Part shown: positions 7,432 through 16,894 of the stretch, one piece after another
How positions within the stretch are numbered: position 1 is the stretch's first letter
Layout of the letters: every line of letters begins with the position of its first letter
Assembly (NCBI GenBank): GCA_965204735.1
Contig: OZ242008.1
Span: 3,200,001-3,264,000 of the forward strand
Length of the DNA stretch: 64,000 bases
Reading direction: 5' to 3'
From: Longimicrobiales bacterium
GTDB taxonomy: Bacteria > Gemmatimonadota > Gemmatimonadetes > Longimicrobiales > Gaopeijiaceae
The notes under the pieces: generated by a model
What the model was told of the DNA's origin: nothing
Databases searched by the model: none
What the model saw: only the letters and a program-made list of their open reading frames with translations
Made by a program: the position numbers and the translations under genes

Positions 7432-10400
7432 GGGCGGGGCCGTCCTGGTTCCTCGGAGGCCGGCTCGCGTCGCTTCGGGGGCGTGTCCATGACCGCGCGA
7501 GCCGCCAAGTCGTGGACGCGCCGACGCAGGGGAACGTGCTTGACGTTGTCCCGGGTCGGGTTGACTCGGTTGGTGAGTAGCGCCACCCCCAGGTCCAGCA
7601 CGGGATCGATCCAGATCGAAGTGCCGGTGTAGCCCGTGTGGCCGAAGGAGCGGGCCGAGAACCACTCCCCCGCCGAAGAGCGGGCCGACGGCGTGTCCCA
7701 TCCCAGCGCGCGGCTCGACTCCGGCGAGCGGCGACGGGTGATCCGCTCCACCCAGCCCGGTCCGAAGAGGGCGAAGGCCGAGAAGCGAGGGCGGTGGCAG
7801 GGCGCCGCCGAGTCGCCGTCCGCTCGGCAGGGGCCCGCCACGCCCCGGTCGAGCATCGTCTGGACGAAGACGGCCAAGTCCCGCGCCGAGCTGAAGAGCC
7901 CTGCATGACCCGCCACGCCCCCGACGGCGTGGGCGTTCTCGTCGTGGACCTCGCCGTGGACGTGGTAGCCTCGGTACGCGCTGTCGATCTCGGTGGCGGC
8001 GATCCGGTCCCACGAGGACGGCGGCGGGTTGAAGCCCGTGTCGGCCATTCCCAGGGGACCCCACGCCTCGGCCTTCAGGAAGTCGTCCAGCGACTGGCCC
8101 GAGAGCTGCTCCACCACGAAGCCGACGGTCATGAGGCCGATGTCGGAGTAGACGGCGGGGCCGCCCGGCGGAGCGTCCAGCGGCAGGGCGCCGATAGCGT
8201 CCTGGTAGGCGTCGCGGCCGGCGATCTCCAAGTAGAAGCGGCGGAAAGGAGGGAGGCCGCCCTGGTGGAGGAGAAGGTGGTGCACCGTGGCCCGGGACTT
8301 GGCCGGGTCGCCGGCGTCCCACCAGGGAAGGTGGCGGACGACGGGGTCGTCCAGGGCCAGCGCGCCGCGCTGAGCCAGCACGATTGCCGCCGTGGTGGTG
8401 CCCACGACCTTGGTGAGCGACGCCAGGTCGAAGATCGACGCCGGAGTCGCGGGGGGCGCGTTCGGGTCCCAGTCGAGGCGGCCGTAGCCCCGGAGGCGCA
8501 CGAGCCGGCCCCGCCGGACCACCGCGAGAGCCGCGCCCGAGGCGGCCGAGTCGGCCAGGGCGGCCAGGATGGCGGTGTCCAGCGCGGCCAGGGAGTCGGC
8601 GTTCATGGCGACGCGGGCCGGGTCCGCTTCCCGGGGCGAGACGGCCATGCCGGCGAAGGCGCAGAAGACGTCGGCAAGGTCTTCGGCCGCGTAGGGCGGC
8701 ACGGCCTCGTTCGGCGGCGGGGCTTCCGCGAGACCGGCCGCCGGCGTCGACGGCCGGTCCTGGCACGGGGGGAGCGGCTCGGCGGGACGCCACCGGCCCG
8801 GACCGCCGGCCGTGTCGGGAACCGCCTCCTCTTCGGCCGGAACGCTCTCGGCGCCCGGCACGAAGCCGGCTTCTCGGAGGGGGTCGGGCGCCGCGCGAGC
8901 CAACCGCGCTTCGCGGGGCGCGGCGTCTCGGTCGAGCCCGGCGCCCGCTTGGTGCAGGGGAGGGATCGACACGGGCAGACGCCCGCCGATCGCTTCGACG
9001 CCCGCCAGCGCCCGGGCGGCGGCGCGCTGCGACACCTCTCGTTCCCCCCAGGCCACCATGTAGCTCCCGACGCCGGGAAACACCGACAGCACGTAGGGGC
9101 CGCCGAAGGAGACCGCCACGGCACCGCCCGGCCGAATCCGGTCCACGCCTTCCACGAAGGCCCGCAGTGCGGGGGGCGGCACGGTCGCCCCGGCGCCGGA
9201 ACGCGGCGGCGCGTACACCCCCGCAACCACCACATGGTCGGCGGCGTCGAGCCGAGCAATGGCATGAAGGAGCGAGTCGTACACCGGCCACGGCGTCTCC
9301 GGCCCCACGCGGACGCTCTCGATCCGCCCGGCGAACTCCCGCAGCGCGGCGTCGAACGCGCGTCCCGCCAGCAGGTCGCCGTCGCGGGCCCACGTCACGC
9401 TCGTCACGGAGGCGCCCGGTGCCAGCGGCACGGCCCCGTCCCGGTCCCGGACCAGCGTGATCGACCTGGCCGCCGCCCGCGCGGCCAGCGCGCGGTTCTC
9501 GGCGCTCCCCACTCGGCGCGCCACTGCGTCGGGGCTCACGCGGCTCTCCCGGTGCAGCCCCAGGCGAGCTTTCGCCTCCAGCAGCCGCCGCGCGGACACG
9601 TCGATCCGCGCCCGGGAGATGCGGCCCGACTCCACCGCCCGCACCACGGCTTCGATCGTCGTCCCGATCCCGTCCGGGGCGAGCAGCACGTCCGAACCCG
9701 CCTCCAGCGAGAGCACGGCAGCCTCTCCGGCGCCGTAGCCGTTGGTGATCGCGCCCATGCGGAGCGCGTCGGTGAAGAGGATGCCCCGAAAGCCCATCTC
9801 GTCCCGGAGCACGTCGGTCATGAAGTAGGGCGACAGGGTTGCCGGTCGCTCGTCTCCCAGCACCTGGGGCACGGCCACGTGGGCCGTCATCACCGCGTCC
9901 ACTCCGGCCTCCACGGCCATGCGGAAAGGGGCCAGCTCGACCCGGTCCAGGCGCTCCCGGTCGGCACCGATCACGGGCAGGGCCACGTGGGAGTCGGTGC
10001 GGGTGTCCCCGTGGCCGGGGAAGTGCTTGGCCGTCGAGAGCGCGCCCCCCGCTCGCGCGCCCCGGACGAAGGCGACGCCCAGCCGACCCACGCTCTCCGG
10101 GTCCTCGCCGAAGGACCGGGTGGCGATGACCGGGTTCGCCGGGTTGCTGTTCACGTCCAGCACCGGGGCGAAGAGCCAGTGGACGCCCACGGCACGTGCC
10201 TCTTCGGCGGTGACGCGGCCGTATTCGAAGGCCAGCTCTTCGTCTCGCGCGGCGCCGAAGGCCATCGTCGGAGGAAAGCTGGTGCCGCCTCCCTGGGCCA
10301 GAAGGGACGGGATCGCGTAGCTGTGGTTGAGCCGCATCCCCGGTCCGCCGTTCTCGAAGTCGGAGGTGACCAGGAGGGGGACGAGGGCTCGGGACTGGAG

Positions 10401-10937
10401 TCGGTTGAGCTTGGCCACGTAGGCGTCGGGGACGCCGATGGAGATGGAGACCCCGCCCAGCCCCTGCTCCGCCCAGCCCAGCAGTTCCCGAAGCTCGGGA
10501 TCGGTTTCGGAGGCGTATCCGCCGGAGATCCAGGGCACGACCAGCTGAGCGACGGCCTGACGAAGGGTCAGCGCGGCCAAGGTCTCGTCCACCCAGCGGC
10601 GGGCTGCGCGGTCCAGGGAGGCGGCCAGCTCCGGCGTCGGCGGAGGCGTCGCAGGCGAGGGCTCTCCCCAGGGAGAACAGGCGGCAAGCACGGGCAGGAC
10701 CGCCAGCAGACGCAAGACCGTTCGCCGGCGCAGGGCTGGGCACGCCGAGCTTGGCGCGGCACGCGGCGGAGCAGACGCCGGGGGACGCTTCCACGGACGG
10801 CCCCGCACGGGAAGTCGACAGGGCGTTGGGCGCGCACCGGGTCGGCGGGTAGCTTGGGAAGACCGGACGGCCTGGGAAGACCGGGCAGCCTGGGAAGGCC
10901 GGGTCGCTCGGAAAGACTGGGCAGCCTGGGAAGTCAC
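7428..10937 (-). CDS. Lipoprotein fusion: GH3 beta-N-acetylglucosaminidase (NagZ-like) plus beta-lactamase-fold serine hydrolase (AmiE-like); start uncertain (10937 or 10808)
   Basis: Lipobox VLAAC; KHFPGHGDTRTDSH and TDALRMGA (GH3 NagZ); C-terminal ASLTK (SxxK), YSD, GEVHDENA, GHTGYTGTS. Confidence 0.85.
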   Translation of the reverse strand: MTSQAAQSFRATRPSQAARSSQAVRSSQATRRPGARPTPCRLPVRGRPWKRPPASAPPRAAPSSACPALRRRTVLRLLAVLPVLAACSPWGEPSPATPPPTPELAASLDRAARRWVDETLAALTLRQAVAQLVVPWISGGYASETDPELRELLGWAEQGLGGVSISIGVPDAYVAKLNRLQSRALVPLLVTSDFENGGPGMRLNHSYAIPSLLAQGGGTSFPPTMAFGAARDEELAFEYGRVTAEEARAVGVHWLFAPVLDVNSNPANPVIATRSFGEDPESVGRLGVAFVRGARAGGALSTAKHFPGHGDTRTDSHVALPVIGADRERLDRVELAPFRMAVEAGVDAVMTAHVAVPQVLGDERPATLSPYFMTDVLRDEMGFRGILFTDALRMGAITNGYGAGEAAVLSLEAGSDVLLAPDGIGTTIEAVVRAVESGRISRARIDVSARRLLEAKARLGLHRESRVSPDAVARRVGSAENRALAARAAARSITLVRDRDGAVPLAPGASVTSVTWARDGDLLAGRAFDAALREFAGRIESVRVGPETPWPVYDSLLHAIARLDAADHVVVAGVYAPPRSGAGATVPPPALRAFVEGVDRIRPGGAVAVSFGGPYVLSVFPGVGSYMVAWGEREVSQRAAARALAGVEAIGGRLPVSIPPLHQAGAGLDRDAAPREARLARAAPDPLREAGFVPGAESVPAEEEAVPDTAGGPGRWRPAEPLPPCQDRPSTPAAGLAEAPPPNEAVPPYAAEDLADVFCAFAGMAVSPREADPARVAMNADSLAALDTAILAALADSAASGAALAVVRRGRLVRLRGYGRLDWDPNAPPATPASIFDLASLTKVVGTTTAAIVLAQRGALALDDPVVRHLPWWDAGDPAKSRATVHHLLLHQGGLPPFRRFYLEIAGRDAYQDAIGALPLDAPPGGPAVYSDIGLMTVGFVVEQLSGQSLDDFLKAEAWGPLGMADTGFNPPPSSWDRIAATEIDSAYRGYHVHGEVHDENAHAVGGVAGHAGLFSSARDLAVFVQTMLDRGVAGPCRADGDSAAPCHRPRFSAFALFGPGWVERITRRRSPESSRALGWDTPSARSSAGEWFSARSFGHTGYTGTSIWIDPVLDLGVALLTNRVNPTRDNVKHVPLRRRVHDLAARAVMDTPPKRREPASEEPGRPRP

Positions 10938-10940
10938 GAA
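10852..10940. repeat. Degenerate 18-bp tandem repeat (about 5 units, cctgggaagaccgggcag-like)
   Basis: Read directly from the sequence at the nagZ 5' end. Confidence 0.8.
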
Positions 10941-10987
10941 GTCGCCTCGGGTCTCGGGAAGTCGGCCGCATCGAAGGGCGGGAAGAC

Positions 10988-12346
10988 ATGAACACTCATA
11001 GTGCGTCGCCGTCGGGGGGAGTAGTCCGCCGGTGGGCGTCGTTGCCCCAGCGGGCGTCGTTGCCCCAGCGGGCGTCGTTGCGGCTGTGCGTGTCGTTGCG
11101 GCGGCGGGCGTCGTTCGGCCTGCGGGCCTCGTGTCTGGTCGCGGCGACGGCGGCGTGCTCGCCCCAGCTCGAGGGCGACGCAGGGGGCGTCCAGCCGGGC
11201 GCCGTCCGCCCCGGCGTCGAAGTGCTGCTGACGGACTCGCTGGCGCTGGTCGCCGGGCGACGGGCGGGACTGGTGACCAACCACACCGGCAGGAACCGGG
11301 CCGGCGTCCCGACGATCGACCTGCTGGCGGATCACCCGGAGGTCGAGCTGGTGGCGCTGTTCTCGCCGGAGCACGGGATTCGGGGCAGCGAGGAAGCGGG
11401 CGTGGAGGTGGAGAGCGGCATCGACGACAGGACGGGCCTCCCAATCCACTCGCTCTACGGCGACGCTCGCAAGCCCACGGCGGAGACGCTGACGGGGATC
11501 GAAGTCCTCCTCTTCGACATCCAGGACGTGGGCGCCCGCTACTACACCTACCTGTCCACCATGATCCTGGCCATGGAGGCGGCGGGCGAGGAGGGCGTCC
11601 CCTTCGTGGTGCTGGACCGCCCCAACCCGATCGGCGGCGCCGCGGCGCAGGGAAACGTCCTGGACCCGGCGTTCGCCAGCTTCGTGGGGCCTTATCCGGT
11701 TCCCATGCGCCACGGCCTCACGGCCGGGGAGTTCGCTCGGATGGCGGTGGGCGAGTTCGGGGTCGTCGCGACGCTCAAGGTCGTCCCGGCCGACGGGTGG
11801 ACCAGGGAAATGCCCTTCGACGAGACGGGCGTGCCGTGGGTGCCGCCGTCGCCCAACATGCCGTCGGTGGAGAGCGCCCTCCACTACCCTGGGACCTGCC
11901 TCTTCGAGGGAACGCCCCTTTCGGTGGGCCGGGGCACGGACCGGGCGTTCCAGCAAGTGGGGGCGCCCTGGCTCGACGCCGACGAGCTAGCGATCCGGCT
12001 GGCGGCCCTCGACGTGCCCGGAGCCGTCTTCGTTCCCGCGCGCTTCACTCCGTCCAACCCCGGCGACGGCAAGTTCGGCGGCGTGGAGTCCCACGGAGTG
12101 CGAGTGGTGGCGGACGGCCCGGAGTACGACCCCACCCTGGCCGCCCTCGCTCTTCTCGTCGAGACCAAGGCTGTCTCCGGCGAGCGCTGGAGGTGGAACG
12201 CAGGCCACTTCGACCGGCTGGCGGGCACCGACGCGCTGCGCCTGGCGCTGGATGCCGGCGCCTCCTACCAGGAGCTGGCGGACGGATGGGGCGACGGCGT
12301 CGACGCCTTCCTGGAGCGCCGGCGACCCTACCTGCTCTACAGGTGA
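10988..12346 (+). CDS. namZ: DUF1343 family exo-beta-N-acetylmuramidase (NamZ-like), lipoprotein
   Basis: GLVTNHTG, FSPEHGIRG, FDIQDVGARYYTY, LDRPNP, RHGLTAGE, WVPPSPNMP, SVGRGT motifs; lipobox TAAC. Confidence 0.85.
   Translation: MNTHSASPSGGVVRRWASLPQRASLPQRASLRLCVSLRRRASFGLRASCLVAATAACSPQLEGDAGGVQPGAVRPGVEVLLTDSLALVAGRRAGLVTNHTGRNRAGVPTIDLLADHPEVELVALFSPEHGIRGSEEAGVEVESGIDDRTGLPIHSLYGDARKPTAETLTGIEVLLFDIQDVGARYYTYLSTMILAMEAAGEEGVPFVVLDRPNPIGGAAAQGNVLDPAFASFVGPYPVPMRHGLTAGEFARMAVGEFGVVATLKVVPADGWTREMPFDETGVPWVPPSPNMPSVESALHYPGTCLFEGTPLSVGRGTDRAFQQVGAPWLDADELAIRLAALDVPGAVFVPARFTPSNPGDGKFGGVESHGVRVVADGPEYDPTLAALALLVETKAVSGERWRWNAGHFDRLAGTDALRLALDAGASYQELADGWGDGVDAFLERRRPYLLYR
11034..11135 (+). 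repeat. 18-bp tandem repeat (gggcgtcgttgccccagc-like, about 6 units) in the NamZ N-terminus
   Basis: Encodes ASLPQR-ASLPQR-ASLRL... Confidence 0.85.
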
Positions 12347-12352
12347 GCCCCG

Positions 12353-14275
12353 TCACACGCTCACCTTGAAGCGCTCGCCCCAGGCGGCCAGCTGCATCAG
12401 CGCCCACAGCTGGTGGTTCGGTCTTTGGGCCCTGCGCGCCCTGCCGTCCTCCCGCTGCGCCGCTGCCCGCTCCTTGATCCGCCGGACTGCGTCGGCATCG
12501 AGCATCGACAACGGACCGTCGCGCTTGGAGAGCAGCTCGTCGGCCATGTCGAAGAACGCCTTGTTCTGATAGGCGTGCAGAGGCAGGCTGAACCCCGTCT
12601 TGGGCTTCGACAGGACCGTGTCCGGCAGCATCGGGCGCACGGCTTCGCGCAGCACGCGCTTCAGCGTCAGCCCCTGGACCAGCCAGCGGTCGGGGAGCCT
12701 CATTGCCAACGCCGCCAAGTCCGGATCCAGCATCGGCGCCCGCAGCTCGACGGACGCGGCCATGCTCATCCGGTCGGCCTTCGTCAGCATGTCCTGCGGC
12801 AGGTTGTGCACCAGGTTCGCATACATGAGGCGGCGAAGCGGAGTCCACGCCTCGGCCGCTTCCGGCAGCCGGGCGTACTGCAGCGGACCCGTGCCCGCAA
12901 CGCTCGCCGCCGCCGGGTCCTGGATCAGGTCGACGGCCTCGGCGTGCGAGAAGAAGGACGCGCCGCTCACGTCGGCGGCCCGCTGAACCGCCGGACGGGC
13001 AGCGTAGCGGACGATCCGACGAACGCGCCCGGCCAGCCGTCCGGCGCCCAGCCCCGGAACCGTCGCGAGGCCGTCCAGCGCCCAAGCGGCCCCGGCCAGA
13101 ACCGGCCTGGGAAGCGCTGCAAAGCGTTCGATTCGCGGCGCCCACGCGAAGACGCCGTACCCCCCGAAGACCTCGTCTCCTCCGTCGCCGGCGATGCAGA
13201 CCTTCACCTCCTTGGCCACTTCTCGGCTGATCCGGTAGGTGGGGATTGCCGACGAATCGGGAAACGGGACCCCAACGTGCTCCACGATCCGCCACAGGTC
13301 GTCGGGCTCGAAGCCGGAGTTCGACACCCGCATCTCCCTGTGGTCGGCGCCGACGTGGCGAGCGACCTCGCGGGCGGTCGCGCTCTCGTCGTACTCCGCC
13401 TCGTCGAAGCGGACCGTGAACGTCTTCACGGGCCTGTCCGACAGACTCTGCATGATCGCGACCAGCGCGCAGGAGTCGATTCCGCCCGAAAGGAGCGCCC
13501 CGACTTCCACGTCGGCGACCATCTGTCTCCGCACGGCTTCGACGAGGGCTTCTCGGACCTGCTCCACCGCATCCGGCCACTTGGCCGGGTCCGGGTCCGG
13601 CAGGTAGTCGGGACGCCAGTACGGGGAGACTTGGCACTTCCCTTCCGTCCACCGCAGCCGGCAGCCCGGCGGCAGCAGCATGACGTCCTTGAAGAACGTC
13701 GCCGGCGCCGGCACGAACCCCAGCCGCAGGTAGGAGCCCACGGCTTCCGGGCTCATCCGCCGGGGAACGTCCGGGTGCTCCAGCAGGCTCTGCACCTCGC
13801 TGCTGAAGACGATCCGCCCTGCGTCCTGCCAGTAGAAGAGCGGCTTCTCTCCAAAGCGGTCCCTTGCCAGGTGCAAGGACCGGGTCGGCTGGTCGTAGAC
13901 GGCGGCGGCGAACATGCCCTTCATGCGCGCGAAGACGTCCGGCCCCCACTCCTCGTAGCCGTGGGCGATCACCTCGGTGTCGGAACGGGTGCCGAAGACG
14001 TGCCCGCGCCCTTCCAGCTCCTTCGCCAGCTCCCGGTAGTTGTAGACTTCGCCGTTCTGCACCACCCGCACGGCGCCGTCCTCGTTGGCCACGGGCTGGT
14101 CGCCGGTCTCCAGGTCTATGATCGCCAGCCGCCGCACGGCCAGGGAGGCGCCTTCGCAGTCGAACCGGCCCCCGCTGTCGGGGCCCCGGTGGCCCAAGCG
14201 CCGCTGCATCGCCGACACGTGGTCGCGCGCTTCGGGGTCTCGGGTCGAGAGGGCCGTGCCGCAGATTCCACACAT
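12353..14275 (-). CDS. asnB: Asparagine synthase (glutamine-hydrolysing) family amidotransferase
   Basis: MCGICG N-terminus, HRGPD, RRLAIID, NGEVYN, SDTEV, RDRFGEKPL, LSGGIDS, GDGGDEVFGGY. Confidence 0.9.
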   Translation of the reverse strand: MCGICGTALSTRDPEARDHVSAMQRRLGHRGPDSGGRFDCEGASLAVRRLAIIDLETGDQPVANEDGAVRVVQNGEVYNYRELAKELEGRGHVFGTRSDTEVIAHGYEEWGPDVFARMKGMFAAAVYDQPTRSLHLARDRFGEKPLFYWQDAGRIVFSSEVQSLLEHPDVPRRMSPEAVGSYLRLGFVPAPATFFKDVMLLPPGCRLRWTEGKCQVSPYWRPDYLPDPDPAKWPDAVEQVREALVEAVRRQMVADVEVGALLSGGIDSCALVAIMQSLSDRPVKTFTVRFDEAEYDESATAREVARHVGADHREMRVSNSGFEPDDLWRIVEHVGVPFPDSSAIPTYRISREVAKEVKVCIAGDGGDEVFGGYGVFAWAPRIERFAALPRPVLAGAAWALDGLATVPGLGAGRLAGRVRRIVRYAARPAVQRAADVSGASFFSHAEAVDLIQDPAAASVAGTGPLQYARLPEAAEAWTPLRRLMYANLVHNLPQDMLTKADRMSMAASVELRAPMLDPDLAALAMRLPDRWLVQGLTLKRVLREAVRPMLPDTVLSKPKTGFSLPLHAYQNKAFFDMADELLSKRDGPLSMLDADAVRRIKERAAAQREDGRARRAQRPNHQLWALMQLAAWGERFKVSV

Positions 14276-14286
14276 GCCTAACAATG

Positions 14287-14315
14287 TTGCTGTCCGGCCC
14301 GGCGTTTTCTAGCTT
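14287..14315 (+). promoter_or_regulatory. Putative sigma70 promoter of metG (near-leaderless)
   Basis: TTGCTG-17 nt-TAGCTT, 9 nt before ATG, no SD. Confidence 0.55.
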
Positions 14316-14324
14316 CCCGCCCCC

Positions 14325-15860
14325 ATGTCCCCCTTCTACCTCACCACGCCGATCTACTACGCCTCGGGCGAGCCGCACCTGGGCCACGCCTACACCACGA
14401 TCCTGGCCGACGTGCTGGCGCGCTACAGGCGGCGCGCGGGGCAGGACGTGCTCTTCCTGACGGGCACCGACGAGCACGGTCAGAAGATCCAGGAGGAGGC
14501 GGCCCGCCAGGGAATGCCGCCCGGGGAGCTTTGCGAGCTCATGGCGGGGCGCTTCCGCGCGGCCTGGGACGACCTTGGCATCTCCCACGACCGCTTCATC
14601 CGCACGACGGAGGCGGGGCACGTCGCCGTCGTCTCCGCCGTTCTGGACCGCCTTCGGGACAACGGCCTGATCTACGAGGGGGAGTACGCCGGATGGTACT
14701 CGGTCAGCCAGGAGCGCTACTTCACCGAGAAGGAGGTGGGCCCGGAACGGAAAGATCCGGTCGCCGGCGGTCCCGTCGAGCGGATCCGGGAGAAGAACTA
14801 CTTCTTTCGGATGAGTCGTTTCGGGGATCGGCTGCGGAAGCACGTGGAGGACAACCCGGAGTGGATCGTGCCCCGGGGACGCCGCAACGAAGTCCTGGGG
14901 TTTCTCGCCAAGCCTCTGGGCGACCTCTCCATCTCCCGGCCCCGCTCCCGCATCCACTGGGGGATTCCCCTTCCCTGGGACCCCGACCAGACGACGTACG
15001 TGTGGGTCGACGCCCTGATCAACTACGTGACGGCGTCCGGCGCGGTGGACCCGGAGGCGCCGAAGGGCCAGCAGGGCTTCGGCAACGCCCCCCTCTCCTC
15101 ACGCTGGCCGGCGGACCTCCACCTGATGGGGAAGGACATCCTCACCACCCACGCCGTCTACTGGCCGGCGCTGCTCATGGGCGCGGACCTGCCTCTGCCC
15201 CGAAAGATCCTGGCCCACGGCTGGTGGGTCGTGGGCGCGACCAAGATGTCCAAGTCCCTGGGCAACGTCGTGGACCCCCTGGACCTCCGGGACCGCTTTG
15301 GCACGGACGCCGTTCGGTGGTACCTCATGCGGGAGATGCCGACGGGTCACGACGCTTCCTACGCCCCCGAGCGCTTCCGGGCCCGCTACGAGGAGCTCGC
15401 CAACGTCTTGGGGAACTTGGCGCACAGGGTGGTGTCGATGGTGAAGCGCTACCGTGGCGGCGTCGTTCCGGACGCGCCGGCGGTCGCGCTCGAGGACGAG
15501 AGGCGGCGAGCGGTCCGCAGCTACCGGGAAGGCATGGAAGCGTACCGGCTCCACGACGGACTGGCGGCGGCCATGGAGTTCGCCCGGACCGCCAACGGCT
15601 TCGTGGAGAGCCGAGAGCCCTGGGCGGCGGCCCGCGATCCGAAGCGCATCGAGGAGCTGGACGAGACCCTGGCCTCGCTGGCGCGCTCGCTCGCGGCCCT
15701 TGCCTGCATGTTCGAGCCCGTCGCGCCGCGGAAGTCGCAGGAGCTCGCCGGACGGATCGGGCTTGCCCGAGTTCCGCGCTTGGCCGAGCTGGACGAGCTG
15801 GCGGTGGGGGGACGGTCGGTCCGCCCCGGACCCCCGCTCTTCCCGCGAGTCGACAGTTGA
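14325..15860 (+). CDS. metG: Methionine--tRNA ligase (short form)
   Basis: TTPIYY, HLGH (HIGH), GTDEHG, YVWVDALINY, KMSKS. Confidence 0.95.
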   Translation: MSPFYLTTPIYYASGEPHLGHAYTTILADVLARYRRRAGQDVLFLTGTDEHGQKIQEEAARQGMPPGELCELMAGRFRAAWDDLGISHDRFIRTTEAGHVAVVSAVLDRLRDNGLIYEGEYAGWYSVSQERYFTEKEVGPERKDPVAGGPVERIREKNYFFRMSRFGDRLRKHVEDNPEWIVPRGRRNEVLGFLAKPLGDLSISRPRSRIHWGIPLPWDPDQTTYVWVDALINYVTASGAVDPEAPKGQQGFGNAPLSSRWPADLHLMGKDILTTHAVYWPALLMGADLPLPRKILAHGWWVVGATKMSKSLGNVVDPLDLRDRFGTDAVRWYLMREMPTGHDASYAPERFRARYEELANVLGNLAHRVVSMVKRYRGGVVPDAPAVALEDERRRAVRSYREGMEAYRLHDGLAAAMEFARTANGFVESREPWAAARDPKRIEELDETLASLARSLAALACMFEPVAPRKSQELAGRIGLARVPRLAELDELAVGGRSVRPGPPLFPRVDS

Positions 15861-15944
15861 TCCGAAGACGGGACGGCGGGACCGCGACGCCTCCGGGGCC
15901 GTTCGCGCGGGGGCGGGACGTGGGAGAGGCCGCGGGGGGAGAAG

Positions 15945-15973
15945 TTGACCGGTCGGGCGTCCCGAAGTACACT
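15945..15973 (+). promoter_or_regulatory. Putative sigma70 promoter of the M23 peptidase operon
   Basis: TTGACC-17 nt-TACACT, 8 nt before ATG 15982. Confidence 0.7.
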
Positions 15974-15981
15974 GGTTGGTC

Positions 15982-16890
15982 ATGAAAAGAGACGGCTGGA
16001 CCATCATCGTCCTTCGAGGCGACGCCCGCGCCCAGAAGCAGTATGCCCTGTCGGCCCGCGGGGTGCGCGTTCTCCTGTGGACTCTTGGCGGCGCCGTCGT
16101 CCTCCTTGCGTGCGCAGGAACCTTCTTCGCAGTGGACAGCAACGTCCGTGCCCGAGCGACCTTGCTGAGCCGGGAGAACGACGAGCTGAGGGGACGCGTC
16201 GCCGAGATCGGGACGCGGGTCGAGGATCTGGATCGGCGCGTCGCCGCGTACGACGACCAGAACGAGCGGCTGCGGCGGGCGGCCGGGCTGGCCGGGATCG
16301 ACCAAGAGGTCTACGACGTGGGCATCGGCGGTCCTGCGCGCCCTTATCCCGGCGGCGGCTTGGTGCGGCCTCTGGGCGAGGCGGCGACCGGACACGACCT
16401 GGACTTCCTCGAACGAAAGCTCAAGCTGCTCGAGGAATCTTCCGACGAGACGATGGAGGCGATCGAAGTCAACCGGGCGCGCATGGAAGCCACGCCGTCG
16501 ATCATGCCGGTGTACGGCGCCCACAGCAGCGGCTTCGGGCCCCGCAGGGCGCCCATTCACGGCGGCAGCAGCAATCATCGGGGCATCGACATCCCGGGAG
16601 TACCCGGGGAGCGGATCGTGGCCACGGCCTCTGGCGAGGTGTTCTTCACGGGACGCAAGCAGGGGCTGGGCCGGACGGTGATCATCGACCACGGCCACGG
16701 CTTCCGGACCGTGTACGGTCACGCGTCGAAGATCCTCGTGCGACGGGGACAGCGCGTGGAGCGGCGCGACGTGGTGGCGCTCGTGGGCAACACGGGCACG
16801 ACGACCGGCTATCACGTCCATTACGAGGTTCACGTCGACGGCGTCGCCGTGGACCCGACGCGCTACTTCCTCGAGCCCGCCCCGCTCTGA
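15982..16890 (+). CDS. M23 family metallopeptidase with TM anchor and coiled coil
   Basis: HRGID (HxxxD), YGH, HVHYEV (HxH) motifs. Confidence 0.9.
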   Translation: MKRDGWTIIVLRGDARAQKQYALSARGVRVLLWTLGGAVVLLACAGTFFAVDSNVRARATLLSRENDELRGRVAEIGTRVEDLDRRVAAYDDQNERLRRAAGLAGIDQEVYDVGIGGPARPYPGGGLVRPLGEAATGHDLDFLERKLKLLEESSDETMEAIEVNRARMEATPSIMPVYGAHSSGFGPRRAPIHGGSSNHRGIDIPGVPGERIVATASGEVFFTGRKQGLGRTVIIDHGHGFRTVYGHASKILVRRGQRVERRDVVALVGNTGTTTGYHVHYEVHVDGVAVDPTRYFLEPAPL

Positions 16891-16894
16891 CCCG

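Noticed and set aside
7428..8600. Antibiotic-resistance beta-lactamase
   Set aside because: The SxxK domain is fused to NagZ in a cell-wall recycling context, which fits an AmiE-like amidase better
5932..10995. Apparent giant fusion ORFs (1687 aa; also 29728-33474, 52700-56443, 54910-58560)
   Set aside because: Only the C-terminal parts are real genes; internal starts overlap the upstream stops
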